DNA from: Octopus sinensis
Lineage: Eukaryota
Direction of reading: 5' to 3'
Length of the DNA: 64,000 bases
NCBI RefSeq assembly: GCF_006345805.1
Contig: NC_043006.1
Coordinates: 27,714,001 to 27,778,000 of the forward strand
Shown here: piece by piece, positions 1 to 12,889 of the stretch
Position numbering within the stretch: position 1 is the first letter of the stretch
How the letters are laid out: every line of letters starts with the position of its first letter
Notes under the pieces: model-generated
Database searches by the model: none
Told to the model about the DNA's origin: nothing
Seen by the model: only the letters and a program-made list of their open reading frames with translations
Made by a program: the position numbers and the translations under genes

Positions 1-348
1 GTTCTCATCTGTGTTAGTGTATGTGGACACATCATCATAATCATCATTTAATATACATTTTCCATACGAGTAAAGGTTGGACAGTTCAAGAGAATCTAAT
101 GAACAGGGGGAATGTGTCAATAGGTACAACTGTATTCAGAAGGGTCAGATTTTCTATCAAACATGCTATGCTAAAGATTTGACTGTACATGAGTTTTATG
201 GGTGTGTGGTTAACAAGTTCACTTTGCAAGCATGTGGTTTTGGATTCAGTCCCACTTCCCAGCACCTCAGGTAAGTGTCTTTTTATATAGCTCCAGGTGA
301 CCAATGCCTTGAGAGTGTACTTCTAGATGGAAACTGTGTAGAAGTCTG

Positions 349-389
<41 letters not shown>

Positions 390-1355
390 TATATATATAT
401 ACACACACATATATATATATACATATATATGTAGATCGATAGATAGAAAGATAGATAGATAGGTAAAGATATACATAGGAGTGTTAAGTGTGTGTGTGTG
501 CGTGCGTGCGTGCATGCATATATATTCCCAGTAATGAAAATGATTATGTTGAGGGAGCAAATACATCAAAGTTTTTATGTGTTGAAAAAGCTGAATTTTT
601 TTATTCAAATGATGTACAAGAGATAGATCTGATTCGTAGGAATGTTGATTCTTCTAAAGAAAACTATGATTCAAACCAACTCAATAATGAGGTGGCAACA
701 GAACCAGCTGAAGTTGTTGTCATTGCAGAAAAAATGATGGGATTATTTCCGGACAATAGAAACCATGGTCCAACAGAAGAAAATGTACTGCCTCAGTGAA
801 ATAATACACCACCACCTTCTTTGGCTACTGGTACTGGCTTTCAGTCAACTAAGTGATGCTGAATTGATTCTCTAACAAAACCAAATCACCTTCAAGAAGG
901 TGATTCAGAATACAATGAATCTTGGACTACCTCTGTTAACCCTTTCATTGCCATATTTTGAGATGCTCTGTGTTTCTTTCAATTATTTTAAATATAACAA
1001 AGAATTTAGTAAAATGACTTAGTTATCATTCAGCTAGTGTTAGGAACATAAATTGTGACTAAGATCTAGTGGAAGATTTTAATTCAAAACTTATGAAAAC
1101 AAGATATTTGTACTACAGAGCCAGAGCTGGTTTCAGCCGGGTTAGTAATGAAAGGGTCAAACATATACCAGCTTCTCTTAAATGTGGTCACCTGTTGTGG
1201 TCACAGGAAAACTCTGTGAATAAAGCCAAGAAGCAACTGGAAAGGGATGATATATAAATGTGATATATGTACATATATATATGTATAGAGTGTTTGAAGT
1301 GATGTGCAGATATTGTATATTAAGAAAAAGGAGGAAGTCAGAATTTTGGATAATT

Positions 1356-1398
1356 GTTTATTAGCGCTTTCATCCATTCAATAGGACTCTTCAGAAAC
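1356..1398 (-). ncRNA. Minimal hammerhead-ribozyme-like motif
   Basis: gttt CTGAAGA G TCC-tattgaat-GGA T GAAA GCGC TA ataaac. Core intact, palindromic stem III (AGCGCT), CUA cleavage triplet. Confidence 0.6.
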
Positions 1399-3254
1399 GT
1401 ACATCTATATATGTATTCATGTCAACGAATGTATGCCGATCTTTCTTCTTTTTAAATTTCAATTCTTATCCTTTGACAGGTTTTATTTTCTATCTTTTAT
1501 TATTCTAATTTCTGTTATATGTAGCCAGACCCATCTGCAGGTTATAACCCCAGAATTATTCTCCTGTCTGTCAGAGCACCTACATACTATGAGAGAGTAC
1601 AACAAGCCTAGAGGAACTCAGTATACAATATCTGTTATACCAACCACCTGAGGAGACACAGACTGGACTGATTGATGCAACACAACTAGATGCACAATAT
1701 CCTACCCATAAGAAACAGCTGCATTATGGGTTGGAACAACAGTTGCATTGAATAAAGATTTGTATCAAATCCATTTTCTGTTTCCCTCATCGATTATAAA
1801 CCAAATAAACACTGCTGAATTCTTGATATAGATCCAGTAAAAATTATACTATAACTGTGGATGACATCAAGTAGCCCAAACGGTGAATGTGCTTCAATCA
1901 GCATACTAATAGACATATACCCAAAATCGAAATAATTATTATATATGTGTGTACACACGTCTACTATAGGTATATATGTTCTGTAAAGAGCCTGATTACA
2001 TGTAGATTTTTTGTTAAACCTTACTCTCTGTCTTTTCATTCGATTACTGCAAAAATTAACTGAAAATCATTGTGTCCAAATTCCAGGAGACTAGTGTAAA
2101 ACTATGATACAGAAGTAATTAAATGGTCTGAGCACAAACACACACACTTATATATGTATATATTCTTTAACTGTAACAAGATTTATGCTAATCATACAAA
2201 TAATATTTCGGTGCATTTTCCAATGATAACACAATATTTTCACTATTTCATTACCTTTATACAGCAGTGAGTTAAAGGTATGACAGTGCAATTAAGAAGT
2301 TTGCTTCCCAACCATATGGGTTTGGATCAGATCAGTCTCACAACATGCCCATAAAGCAATTATCTCAAACTATACTATCAGGTCAGCCAAAGTCTTGACT
2401 GGATTTGTAGACCGATACTAGGAGCGCACACGCGCACGTGTGTGCATGTGTGTGTGCATGCACGCGCACTTGTGTGTGAATGTATATATATATATACATG
2501 TATGTTTGTGTGAGTGATTTCATATAATACCCTTGTCTACGTGTGTCTTGCTCACTGGTTAATAAACAATGGCCTCACAAACAGTCTCATTTGCTTGCAG
2601 TCCACAGTGAAAGTATGTTTGGGTTATTTGCTGTTCAATAGACCAGGGGATTATTACTTTACTCATAAATAGGAATAGTATCTGGTCATAAAAAACTCTG
2701 TTCCAGTATAAACATCATCTGACACATGCAAGCAAGTATAGGTAGATGATGGTTGTGATGATGATGATGATGATATATATATACACACACATGTATCAAA
2801 AGTGAGGAACAGAAACATGAAAAACAACAGTCAAGTAAGTTAAAGTCATTCAAACTTGAGACAACATAACATGCATCAAAAATGTATAGAAATTTAGTTA
2901 AAATATTAGTTACATCAGTTGACAACATTAATTTACTAGAAATAAAATTACATGTACCTGTTCTTTCAGTTGAAAAGAAAGCAAAATGTAATTTAAACAG
3001 CAAAAAATGAGTGCTGACAGAAGAACAAAAAAAAACATGATGGGAAATTTTTTGAGTCACAGATGAGTAAGCAGAGATTCAATAACAGCAACCAAGAACA
3101 AATAATAATTGCTTTTAAAAACCCAACGTATGAAAATTTTCTTTTTTTAAATTGACATTTTAAATAACATGGTTATTTGCTTGAATATTAAAGTGAACAA
3201 CATAAAGAAAATAACAGTATCACATTAGTGTAAATGTATTAAAAATTCAATCAC

Positions 3255-3383
3255 CTCTTCGAAAAAATTCTGTGTTTTGCGTAGTATATGTCTAAGTTCT
3301 GTCAATTCCAGAAAATTCCGCTTCAAAGCCTCAGCATTGGCATTAATTTCTTTCATTTCATTTTCAAGCTTCTCAAAAGTTGC
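3255..3383 (-). CDS. ATP6V0A1: V-ATPase subunit a, coding exon 4 (ATFEKLENEMKEINANAEALKRNFLELTELRHILRKTQNFFEE)
   Basis: Pyrimidine tract plus CAG acceptor, 129 nt, GTGATT donor. Conserved coiled-coil segment. Downstream exons were not found in 1-3254, so the gene continues left of the window. Confidence 0.97.
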
Positions 3384-5047
3384 CTGGAGGAAGAGACAAA
3401 GAAAAGCAAAGAAAAAAAACAAGGTGAATATAAAAATATAAATAATAGCTGCCGATGTGACTATAATATGCACATGCATGGCTGCATGGTTAAGACATTT
3501 ACTTTCCAACCACATAGTTTGAGGTTCAGTCCCATTGTGTGGCACCTTCATCAGATGCCCTCTACAGGCGAGGGCCAACCAAAGCCTTGGGAGTGGATTT
3601 GATAAAAGGAAACTGAAAGAAGCCTGTCATTGGTATAATATACTATCACCTGGTTCACAGGTTGCTTATTGATGACAGGGGAGGGTCCATCATCATAGAG
3701 TTGGAAATAATTCCAAATACCAAAATTTATTCTTTATAAAAATATTTTTGAAAAATTATCACACCAGAGAAAATAGAATAAAAATAATAAATTATACCAT
3801 AACATGAAAATTTTATTTTACAATGACAAAACTATACCAGAAGTAATTTTAAATGAATGAATAATGCATACTTAATTATATCATATCCATTCAAATTATA
3901 CATAACAAAAGAGTCAGAGCTCACACAGTTGATAAGGTGTTGGCCTTGCAACAAAAACCAATATGTACTGACTGATTTTTGTATAACTTCTCCATTAAAA
4001 AAAAGAAAATTCAATTCCTAATGATGCAGTTAAGTTAGGAGAAAACGATATGAAAAAGTGCAGTTCACTAAGTAAAACAAATAATATAGCTATGTAACAA
4101 TTGTTTTATTAGCTTGCTACGCTCAAATCTAGTTAGCCCATGGTGTTCACATTTTACAAAAGATTCTATAAAAATAACAAAAAAACAAACGGTAGTTTCC
4201 ATCCCTGAGCAATAGGAAAGTAAAGGTCATGAAAATAATAGAGATGAAGCCTAACAGCCTGCCAATATTTAGTACCATTCGCTTATATTCTGAGTTAGAT
4301 TATTGTCAGGTTTGATCAGTTATCTTCTGATATAATAAAACGCTTAGTGTGTCCTTCTTGGTCATATTGTATGCTGCAGGGAAAGAGTGGTAAAATAACA
4401 GACGAAGTGGCAGTGGATTGCAGTCACAGATACTAAATCAACCAGACAACATTTAAAGGCTCTGCTCCAAAGAAGCTAGGGAAAAAAGAGTAATACAACA
4501 GAGTGGCTGTGAGTGACAGTCAGAGGTAGCTCAAATGCAGGCAAACTGTAATGAGCTGTGAAGTCAACTATTTAGATGGAAATTAGATTTTTATTGTAAA
4601 TTATATTTATCCATTTCACACACACACGCGCAAAGAGGCATATGTTACAATAAAATGAGTTCATCGATCTAAAAAATGTAAACGAACGAACCCAAACACA
4701 TTCATGCACTCACACATGCATATGTACGCCCATGCATAGATGTACATAAAGCAAAATATGTCAAATATGCTCCTTTGGTTCTTCCATTATAGCTTTGAAA
4801 AAAATAGCTGTTAAAATCGAACTGCACTCTTCAAAACTTGCACTAAGAATAAGCACAAGATAAAATAACTACCTGCTTTTATAGCAAGTTGATGCAGGTA
4901 TTTATCCCATCCCCCTCTGACTTTTAGTTCATGCAATTGAAAAACCAGCATTATTTATTGGATGAGCCAATATATATACAGTAGCAGCCATAATATAAAG
5001 GTCAGCAAGAACAAGTGTATTGAAATAGTTATTATAGAAGATTAACT

Positions 5048-6394
5048 CATAATTTGATATATCTAATATCTATCTTTCATGAAAATTTCAAATGAATGGA
5101 ATAAATATTTCATAAGTTATGAGGAAATAAACAATCTCCCACATTGCAGTGGTCAAAAGTTAAGGATCACTTAGAAAAAATGAACTATTAACCGAGGTAT
5201 TTGTTCTTTAGAAGACTGTTAATGGGCTAACAGTTACTTCTTATTGGAACATTCACCTGTCAACATGGCAGCTTTTGAGAGACGACTGGTGTCCTGTGGT
5301 AAAAACAAAGGATTGTATGGCCTCACCAAGAGGGCAAGTTAAATTCTGTAATAGCAACTACTGTAGGAAGGTCTAGAAGTGTTGTGCAATGAATTGTAGC
5401 TCGTTTTAAGTCATTAGGATCGACAGATGCTAAACCCAAAATCAGTAGACCTTCCACCAAGACAGGATTGTATAAGGGTTAGAATGTCACTGAAGGATAA
5501 GTTTAAGAGTGCTGCTGAGATATCCTGTGAGTTTAGCTCCACTTCCAATGTCAACATATCACGCCAAACAGTTTCTCAGAGGTTACGAGGTTTTGGGTTG
5601 CTTGCTTGGGCACTAGCAAAGAAACCTCTGATCTCCAAGAAGAATCAAAGAGCCTGTCTTCATTTCACTCACAAACATGTTGCTTGGACAGAAGAACAGT
5701 GGTCGCAGATTAATTTTAGCAATGAATCAAAGTTTAATGTGATTGGTTCTGATGGTGGGATGTATATCCAATGAAGAAGTGGTGAAAGGCTATCTTATGC
5801 ATGTATGAAGAAGATAGTGGAATATGGAGGAGGCAGTGTAATGGTATGGGGAGTGATCTCTGCTGCTGGTCCACTTATTCGCCTACAAGGGACTGTCAAT
5901 ACTGAAATCTACAAGTAGATTCTTAGACAGCATGCCCTTCCACATCTCCATCCTTCATACAGGGCACCACTCCCTGTCACACTGTGAAGAGAGTCAAAGA
6001 TTTTTTTGTGTGATAAAGGGGTTGATCACATGGACTGGCCTCAAAGTCCCAATCTCAACCCTATAGAAACGTTTGAAAGATTATTGGAGATGGGGTGCGA
6101 AGGAGAAAGCCAAAGAACCAAGATGAACTCTGGGAAATATTGAAAAACAAATGGGACAATATTACTCCATCATTTTGCAAGGAATTAATTCAGTCCTGTT
6201 GTCACAGATGTCAAGAGGTCATTGATAGTAAAGGTTTCTCTTTGGTTCTTGTTCCATTTTTCATTGTGTGTCCTTTAACTTTTGGCCATTGTAGTTTGGA
6301 AAACTATTTATTTATTTCCTCATAAGTTATGAAATATTTATTCCATAAACTTGAAATTTTCACAAAAAATAGATATTAGATATATCTAAATATG
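5048..6394 (+). mobile_element. Decayed Tc1-family DNA transposon with long terminal inverted repeats
   Basis: Broken transposase frames: RQTVSQRL..KKPLISKKNQRACL.F..KH..WTEEQWSQINFSNESKFN, YGGGSVMVWG, DWP-QSPNLNPIE. Inverted repeats about 5048-5186 and 6250-6394. Confidence 0.9.
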
Positions 6395-6879
6395 TGTAAA
6401 CATATCTGTTGTTCTCACCTGTTGGCTTAGAAGTCCAGAATCACTCTAATCCGTTTTGTTTATGGTGCATAAAAATGTTTGTCTATGTATCTTTTAGCTA
6501 TCTTTAGATTTTAAGTACCATTAAGGGAAATTCTGTCAACTTGGACAATTGCAGTTGATTAGTTTTTTAACTCACTATTTTACAAATATGAAACCCTACC
6601 AAATTTATATTTCATATGCACTATGTTACCCTGATGATTTTTTCCAATCATTGATATTCTATAAAGATGTTCAAATATTTTGTATAAGTCATTTGTCATA
6701 AGAAAGGAATTCCTGTATTTTAGGTAGAGCTGTTATACAGCGGTACAAAATGAAATAGTTTACAATGATAATTACCTTAGACTCACTCATTAAGTGTGTG
6801 CTTTCATAAAAAGATTAAGCATTGTGTAATACTTAATACCATTGTTCTTTGTTGTTTTTAATATCGCATTTATCACATG

Positions 6880-7140
6880 AAGGTATGTGGCCTAGTGGTT
6901 ATAGAGTTGCATTCACTAACAATAGACTGTGATTTCAATTTCTGGATTGGATGGTGCACTGTGTTCTTAAGCAATCACTTCATTTCACATTGCTCCAGTC
7001 CACTCAGCTCTATATGAATTTCAGCAAAAGCTGTGAAATTAACCCTGTGACAAACAAGTGTCCTCTTCAAGGAGGAGTGTTGCAATCTCAGTCACTTATT
7101 CACAATGTTAACCAGATTAAGCTCTGGACTTATAAATCCT
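6880..7140 (+). mobile_element. Old tRNA-headed SINE with CORE-like segment
   Basis: GTGGCCTAGTGGTTA head followed by GCACTGTGTTCTTAAGCAATCACTTCATTTCACATTGCTCCAGTCCACTCAGCT. Confidence 0.55.
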
Positions 7141-7263
7141 AAGGCTTATGACCAACCTAAATTTATATCTTTAAATCATTCAGGTGTTTCAGACAATCAT
7201 TAAGTGTTACATATGACAGTAACTCTTAAAAGCAATATTTGTTTTTTTTAATGTCATACTTAC

Positions 7264-7361
7264 CTCTAAATCAATCATCTCTCTGGGGACTGGTGCATCA
7301 GGATTGTCCCCTGTATCAAGCATGGGAATTGCATCTTTTTTAATCTCTTTCTCGAGAAAAC
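7264..7361 (-). CDS. ATP6V0A1: V-ATPase subunit a, coding exon 3 (RFLEKEIKKDAIPMLDTGDNPDAPVPREMIDLE)
   Basis: CTTCAG acceptor, 98 nt, GTAAGT donor. Phase 1 to 0. Contains the conserved P.PREMIDLE motif. Confidence 0.97.
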
Positions 7362-7680
7362 CTGAAGACAAATATCAAAAAGTAAACTTTTTAAGTGCTT
7401 TATAAATATTATTCTAACAAGTCAATAAATTAGTTTAAAACAAAGTTTAAACCCTTTTAGTACCAGCCCATCTGAGACCACCTTTGGTTTTATGATTCAA
7501 CCCTGTTTTTAAATTAAACCTTCCATCAAAATTTCATATTAATTCATGTTACAAACACTATCTTATAATGACAAAATTATTTTATTAAATTCTTCATTAT
7601 TTTCAAAATTAATTTAAACAAAAGTAGCATGTTACTATTTTTAAATCTCACAACATGAGATATTCAGCAACAGTACTTTG

Positions 7681-8041
7681 TAGTAAAGACTTGTTGCTAA
7701 CATAGCATGGCAGTCTTGGTTTAGGAGGAATGTTGCTGTAATTTAGCCCCAGGAGACATTGTCTCCAGCTGGCTATACAATACGATCTGTGTCCTTATAT
7801 TTTCGAACAAGGGAATCTAGTACCCCACTCTTCTGTGCTGATGAAAGGAAATAACCCAGAAATCACAATACACAGATATTGTTTTGAGCTGAGTGGGGGT
7901 GCTAGATTCCCTTGTTCGAATATATAAGGACACAGATCGTGTTGTATAGCCAGCTGGAGACGATGTCTCCTGGGGCTAAATTACAGCAACATTCGTCCTA
8001 AACCAGGACTGCCATGTTATGTTGGCAAACAATCTTTACTA
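7681..8041. repeat. Long palindrome / MITE-like element (about 150-bp arms, 60-bp spacer)
   Basis: 7681-7830 is the reverse complement of 7891-8041, with 8 substitutions and small indels by manual alignment. Confidence 0.92.
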
Positions 8042-8910
8042 TAAAAGTAGTATGTTTTAACAGAAATATGGTAATGAAAGAGTTAAAGAAATCAATATAC
8101 AAAAAGAGAACTGTCTCTTTAACCTCTACCATACTTTATAAAGTTGTGTATGTTTGACATTAGAGGGGTGCTGATTCAGCAGCCCAATACTGCAACTCTT
8201 CCATCCATGAGTATCCCAGGATCTCAAGTTTGTCGAATTAAGTGACTGAACAAGAGACAAAAAACACCTGCTATGAGATATATACTTGCAGGCCTTGAGC
8301 GAATATTTGAAAATTATAGGTACTGAGACAGTTGACATCCACTTATTAGAATCAAGGTGAATCAATGATTGAGAAGCACCATAATAAATGTTTGTAACAT
8401 TTCCATAACATATTAGGTTAATACCTATTAATAAACCAAAGCTCAATACAATGAAGTGGCTTACTGTGGCCTTCTCTTGGCCCATGGGAGAACTGGAATC
8501 AAACATTGCAAGCAAACAAAACACTTAAATATTTTCACTACAAATGTATTTTAATATAAGACATGGAAACAAGTTATGTGCTTTTTCATCCAAGTCAACC
8601 CTGAAAGAGCAAACTAATAATCATAGACACTCTATCCATGGCCATTTTGCTTCCTTAGGGTGATATTGAGGGATTGTGTATCCAAGACTACATTATCCGA
8701 TGCCTCTCTCTTTTCCTATGGTGAGATTAGAGGGAGATTTGTCTGCTATTCCTATCAAGTTGGGTGACCATATAGAGATTTGCTCACTGACTTGGTAAGA
8801 TTTTAGGTAAAAGTGTTGAGTCTCACAAAGAAAATAAAACAAGATTCAGAAGAATGGTAACAAGTCATCATGCAAACATAATAAATCAAGCATAACGATG
8901 ATGATTTTCA

Positions 8911-11640
8911 AGGTGTTGGGATAATTCTGTATGAAATCAATGCCGTTTTTTAAAAAATTGAAGGTGACTGAAACCAATTTCTTTCAAACTTTGCATGCTA
9001 AATGGCCTTCATATGAAACCCTTAAATATGAAATATTTTTTTTACTTGACTTTAATATTTGCTGAGTTATGACTATTTGGAATTTTCAAAAAAGTGACAT
9101 TTTTTCGGTTACTCGATAACTTTGAAAAGTCATATCTCAGCTACTATTTGAGCTAGAAAGCTCAATTTTTTTTCTATTTTAAAGCACTTAAATAAATCTA
9201 CGACTTCTGCTTTGTGTATTTTTTTCCTTACAATAAAAATTAAAAAGTTGACCTAAAATTTGACATTTGACCTTTCATAGGTCAAAAGATGCAGTTATCA
9301 ATTTTTTTGAAATTTTGTCCAAATATTGCCCTACTTAGTCACAACTCACATACAAAAATTCATAACTGGATCTCAATGAGAAGTATTTTTAATAAATATA
9401 ATTATAGTGAAAAGTAGTGACAAAATATCAAAAATCGCTTACTAAGACAACTTGACCTTAAAGGAGAAAAAGTGCTGATAATCAAAATAAGCATTTTTAT
9501 TGTTTCAAAAATAACGTCTACTTTAATTGTAACTACTTTTCAACTCTGCTATGGTCAATGGTGGCAATGCCACTGCCAACACTTAGAATCATGATACAAA
9601 TTGTTGGCATCCCCATCGCCTATGGGGTCTGATAGCTTAGCAGATAAAGTCACATGTACCAAACTCCCACCCTTGCCTTGCTTTAAATGATTAGGTACTT
9701 CTTAAATGAAATTCTGGAATCTTCAAAATTTAATGAGACAATTTTCTTGAAATTAATAATTGTGATGCATTTTTCATTTCTTTTTCTGTCAAAGTATGTT
9801 CTTCCTGAAGCAGTTCTGGGGTCACATTTACAAAGGATGTCTAAATAACCCACTGTTAAAATATCTGACTTTCTAGGATACTGAAATGATGATGAGGGTC
9901 CTTTAGGTTCAAGAAAGGTGAGTTTTACTTGCATAGTTTCTGGGTTTGTTTCTAGAACACAGGCTAACCAGTCACCATCATAAATTGCAGCTACAAACCC
10001 TTTTATATCCTCAAATTGAATAGCATCTTGCATGGAGATTCTAATCTTAGTATAATTATCTACTGTAGACATCATTTTTACCTTAATTTCTGAAGGTGAG
10101 TTTGGGATAAAGCAATGCAACTTTTATGTCCCTGGAATTGTCCTTGCATTTCTAAATCTATCAACAGATTTTCCTCATTCTGCATTTCATCATTTGAAGA
10201 GCAGATAAAATTAATTCCAGGAATGTTTTGCTGATCATAATTATAAAGTTTCTTGGAGTCATGATTTGTTCATTGAGAGGGCATTGTAAACTTGCCCGAG
10301 CTGCCATTTGTTTAATTGTACCATCATAAGGTCCCTTGACATGAGAAGTAGAAAAGAAGTGCCACTATGTATCAGTTTGGAAATCTATAGAATGGTAGCA
10401 TAAATTTATAAAATTTGTAGTTTCTATATTGTGAAACAGCACCATCTGAAAAATAGATAATTTTGTTGATATTAAAAGCTTTGCCCCAAAGAAAATCTGT
10501 CAGCTTTTTATGGAAGGGATGGAATGCTACTGTATCATGCTTCATACAGTCAGATCTTATAACAACATTGATGTTAGTCACATCATTGTTTTGTTTATAA
10601 CAGACAAATGGATGGATAGTAGCTTGGGCATTGTTCCTATAAAATCCTTGTACAGCAACTTGCTATGACTAGGATTTCTCCATCACTTAAAAATTCTTTT
10701 CTTGAAGTACAAAATTTAGACTGTTCCTTTGTATTGAAAGGAACTTTCATGTACTTTAAATGCTTTTTTGACAGAAAATTTCAACGAGATCATCTGTTGA
10801 TTTTGATATATTTTCTCGGATTATTCTGTCTGTTGTTAGCCATTGCTTATGCTGTACTTCAATCATATTCACATTAAATATTTCATATAAGAATTTTTCA
10901 AGCTCTTCTAGCAAAGAATTACAATTTGAACAGTTGCCCATGTAGCAGTCATTTGTTGTTGGGTTGTAAGTAATTGATTCCAAACATTGTTTCTAATCAA
11001 TCAAGTGAAACTTCATACCCTTGGTTAAATCAGATAGTTTCATGCCAGAAATGTATGACATTCTGATGCATGGTGCATACACATATATTATGTGTACCAG
11101 TACTACCTGCAAGTATGCATTCTTTTGACCTTAGTTCTGCAAACTTTGAGAAACTAATTTTGATTTCAGAACTTTTTGATTTAGACAACTGGAAGGCTTC
11201 TTTTAAGTTACAAAGTGTTGGGTACTTTTGCTCACGAACACTTTTACTATCTTTTTTCACTGATTTGCAATGCCTTTTTCCTGGCATAACTCTCCTTACT
11301 TCATCTTTATATAACTGAGAAACACAATTGGCAGTGTCTTGAGGAAATCTGCTTTTTCTATGGCTAGGATGTGATAAAATCCCTTGCTCACTGACCAGCC
11401 TTTTAGCTTGTCTAGCCATGTAATCAGGCACATTGAACTCCTTTGGGATTTTTCTCAGAGACCGGCTTTTTAGCAGAATTGTTAAAAGTTGCAGTTTTTC
11501 TGATCTTTTTTCTGTTGTTGTGAATTTTTCTTTTAACTATTTGTTTATATCACTTTTGATGATTCACCGACCTTCCTTTTAGGTGAAATGATTGGCATCT
11601 TTTGAGCAAAAGCATTTTCGATTTTTTTTTTCTCAGCATA
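8911..11640 (-). mobile_element. Decayed DDE DNA transposon, Sola-like
   Basis: Fragmented minus-strand frames: MPGKR..SVK, CNLKEAFQL..FSKFAELR.KECILAG..GTHN.CVCTMHQNV, QGFYRNNAQATIHPF, SDCMKHDTVA, YFSDGAVSQYRN, WHFFSTSHVKGPYDG, C-terminal AAIYDGDWL. Superfamily assignment is from recalled motif similarity only. Confidence 0.7.
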
Positions 11641-12810
11641 CATGATGGTAATATCTTTTGTTTTTCTTTTTTATTGGAGATTATCCAGTTTCAGACGTCG
11701 TCGTCGTCGTTGTGTGTGTGTGTGTCAGCCATGACTTGACATCATGTGATGGGTGTTAGAAAGCATCAGTCATACAAGCAATGTTCATTTCCAGTTTTTT
11801 ACAAAACATTGTCTGACCATAGGGAAATATTACTTTGCTTAGAAACAAGTGAGGCTTGGCAACAGTAAGGGCATCTGGCTGCAAGAAAACTACCTCAACA
11901 AATTCCATTTGACACATGAACGCATGGAAAAATGGATTTAAACCAATGATGATGGTGATGATGATGATGAAAACAGCATGAATAACTATCTAAATGTTTT
12001 TCAGTTATCTATTCCAATGGAAAACAATTTTAATTTGTTAGTAATTTACAAATAATCTTCAGTAAACAAAAAGTGGAAGTGACGCTAAAAATACAAATGA
12101 AGTTTCAGTGTTAGTACCAGAATACTGGCTCCACTTCATGACAGTGGTTAGCAACTGGAAGTGGAGGTGGTGGTGATTAGGACTACATTTTCAGTGGCCA
12201 GCTTACCACATCACCTAGTTTAACATCACTATATGAGGAGCCATTGAGACAGCCTCTAAATGATCCCTTGACTTGCTAAAACTAACAATGGAAAGAATAC
12301 ATGAGAGACTGCCTGTCACAGCTAAAGTCTCCTCCTTTAACCTATATCACTTTATATTTGGAATTACTGCTCTCTTAAACAAGTTGGCATTACTGTGGCT
12401 TGTGAAGTCCACATCTGTTAGGTTTATTCGAAGTTCCCAACTTTCTAGATAGCCCAATTGCCAAACAAAAGGCAAACTGAGAATCATACCTTTACATTAC
12501 AATTAAAAAAATTTGTGCATAAGACTAAGCATAAATCTATACAAACTTATGTGTATTACAGGCTATACATCTTGGAAAATTTATTTTACAAATCAATATC
12601 AATATAGAATTAAAGGTTACAGTTCTAATGCAAAAAAATAATAAATAAAAAAGTAGTTGTAAATAAATACATCACAAAGCAACTACTCAGGCCAATTAAA
12701 TATCTTTGTGCTAACTCAAGAAAGATCATATTACTTTTTCTTTAATGAAATAACACTTTCGAAATTCTCGCAAAAGGATTGGTGAAAATGTAAATGAAAA
12801 TCCCACTTAC

Positions 12811-12889
12811 GAAGTTTCCTTTCCATCTCTTCACATCTGCGAACTTCATTTACAAATTTGCGCTGAAAGGCATTCACATCAGGGTTTAG
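12811..12889 (-). CDS. ATP6V0A1: V-ATPase subunit a, coding exon 2 ([26 protein letters not shown])
   Basis: TTTCAG acceptor, 79 nt, GTAAGT donor. Phase 0 to 1 continues the previous exon, and the peptide is the conserved a-subunit motif. Confidence 0.97.

Noticed and set aside
488-799. 103-aa acidic ORF
   Set aside because: Starts in a (TG)n tract, has no recognisable motif or splice signals, and is antisense to the host intron. Possibly a transposon relic.
1169-1191. 23-nt candidate V-ATPase exon (CAG|GTGACC...GCTG|GTATAT)
   Set aside because: Poor pyrimidine tract, peptide VTTFKRS has no similarity to the expected linker, and it does not end in the conserved LG.
2531-2575. LLTSEQDTRRQG peptide ending at a GG|GT donor, resembling the next V-ATPase exon
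   Set aside because: In-frame TGA just upstream and no phase-0 acceptor. The region looks like an old repeat.
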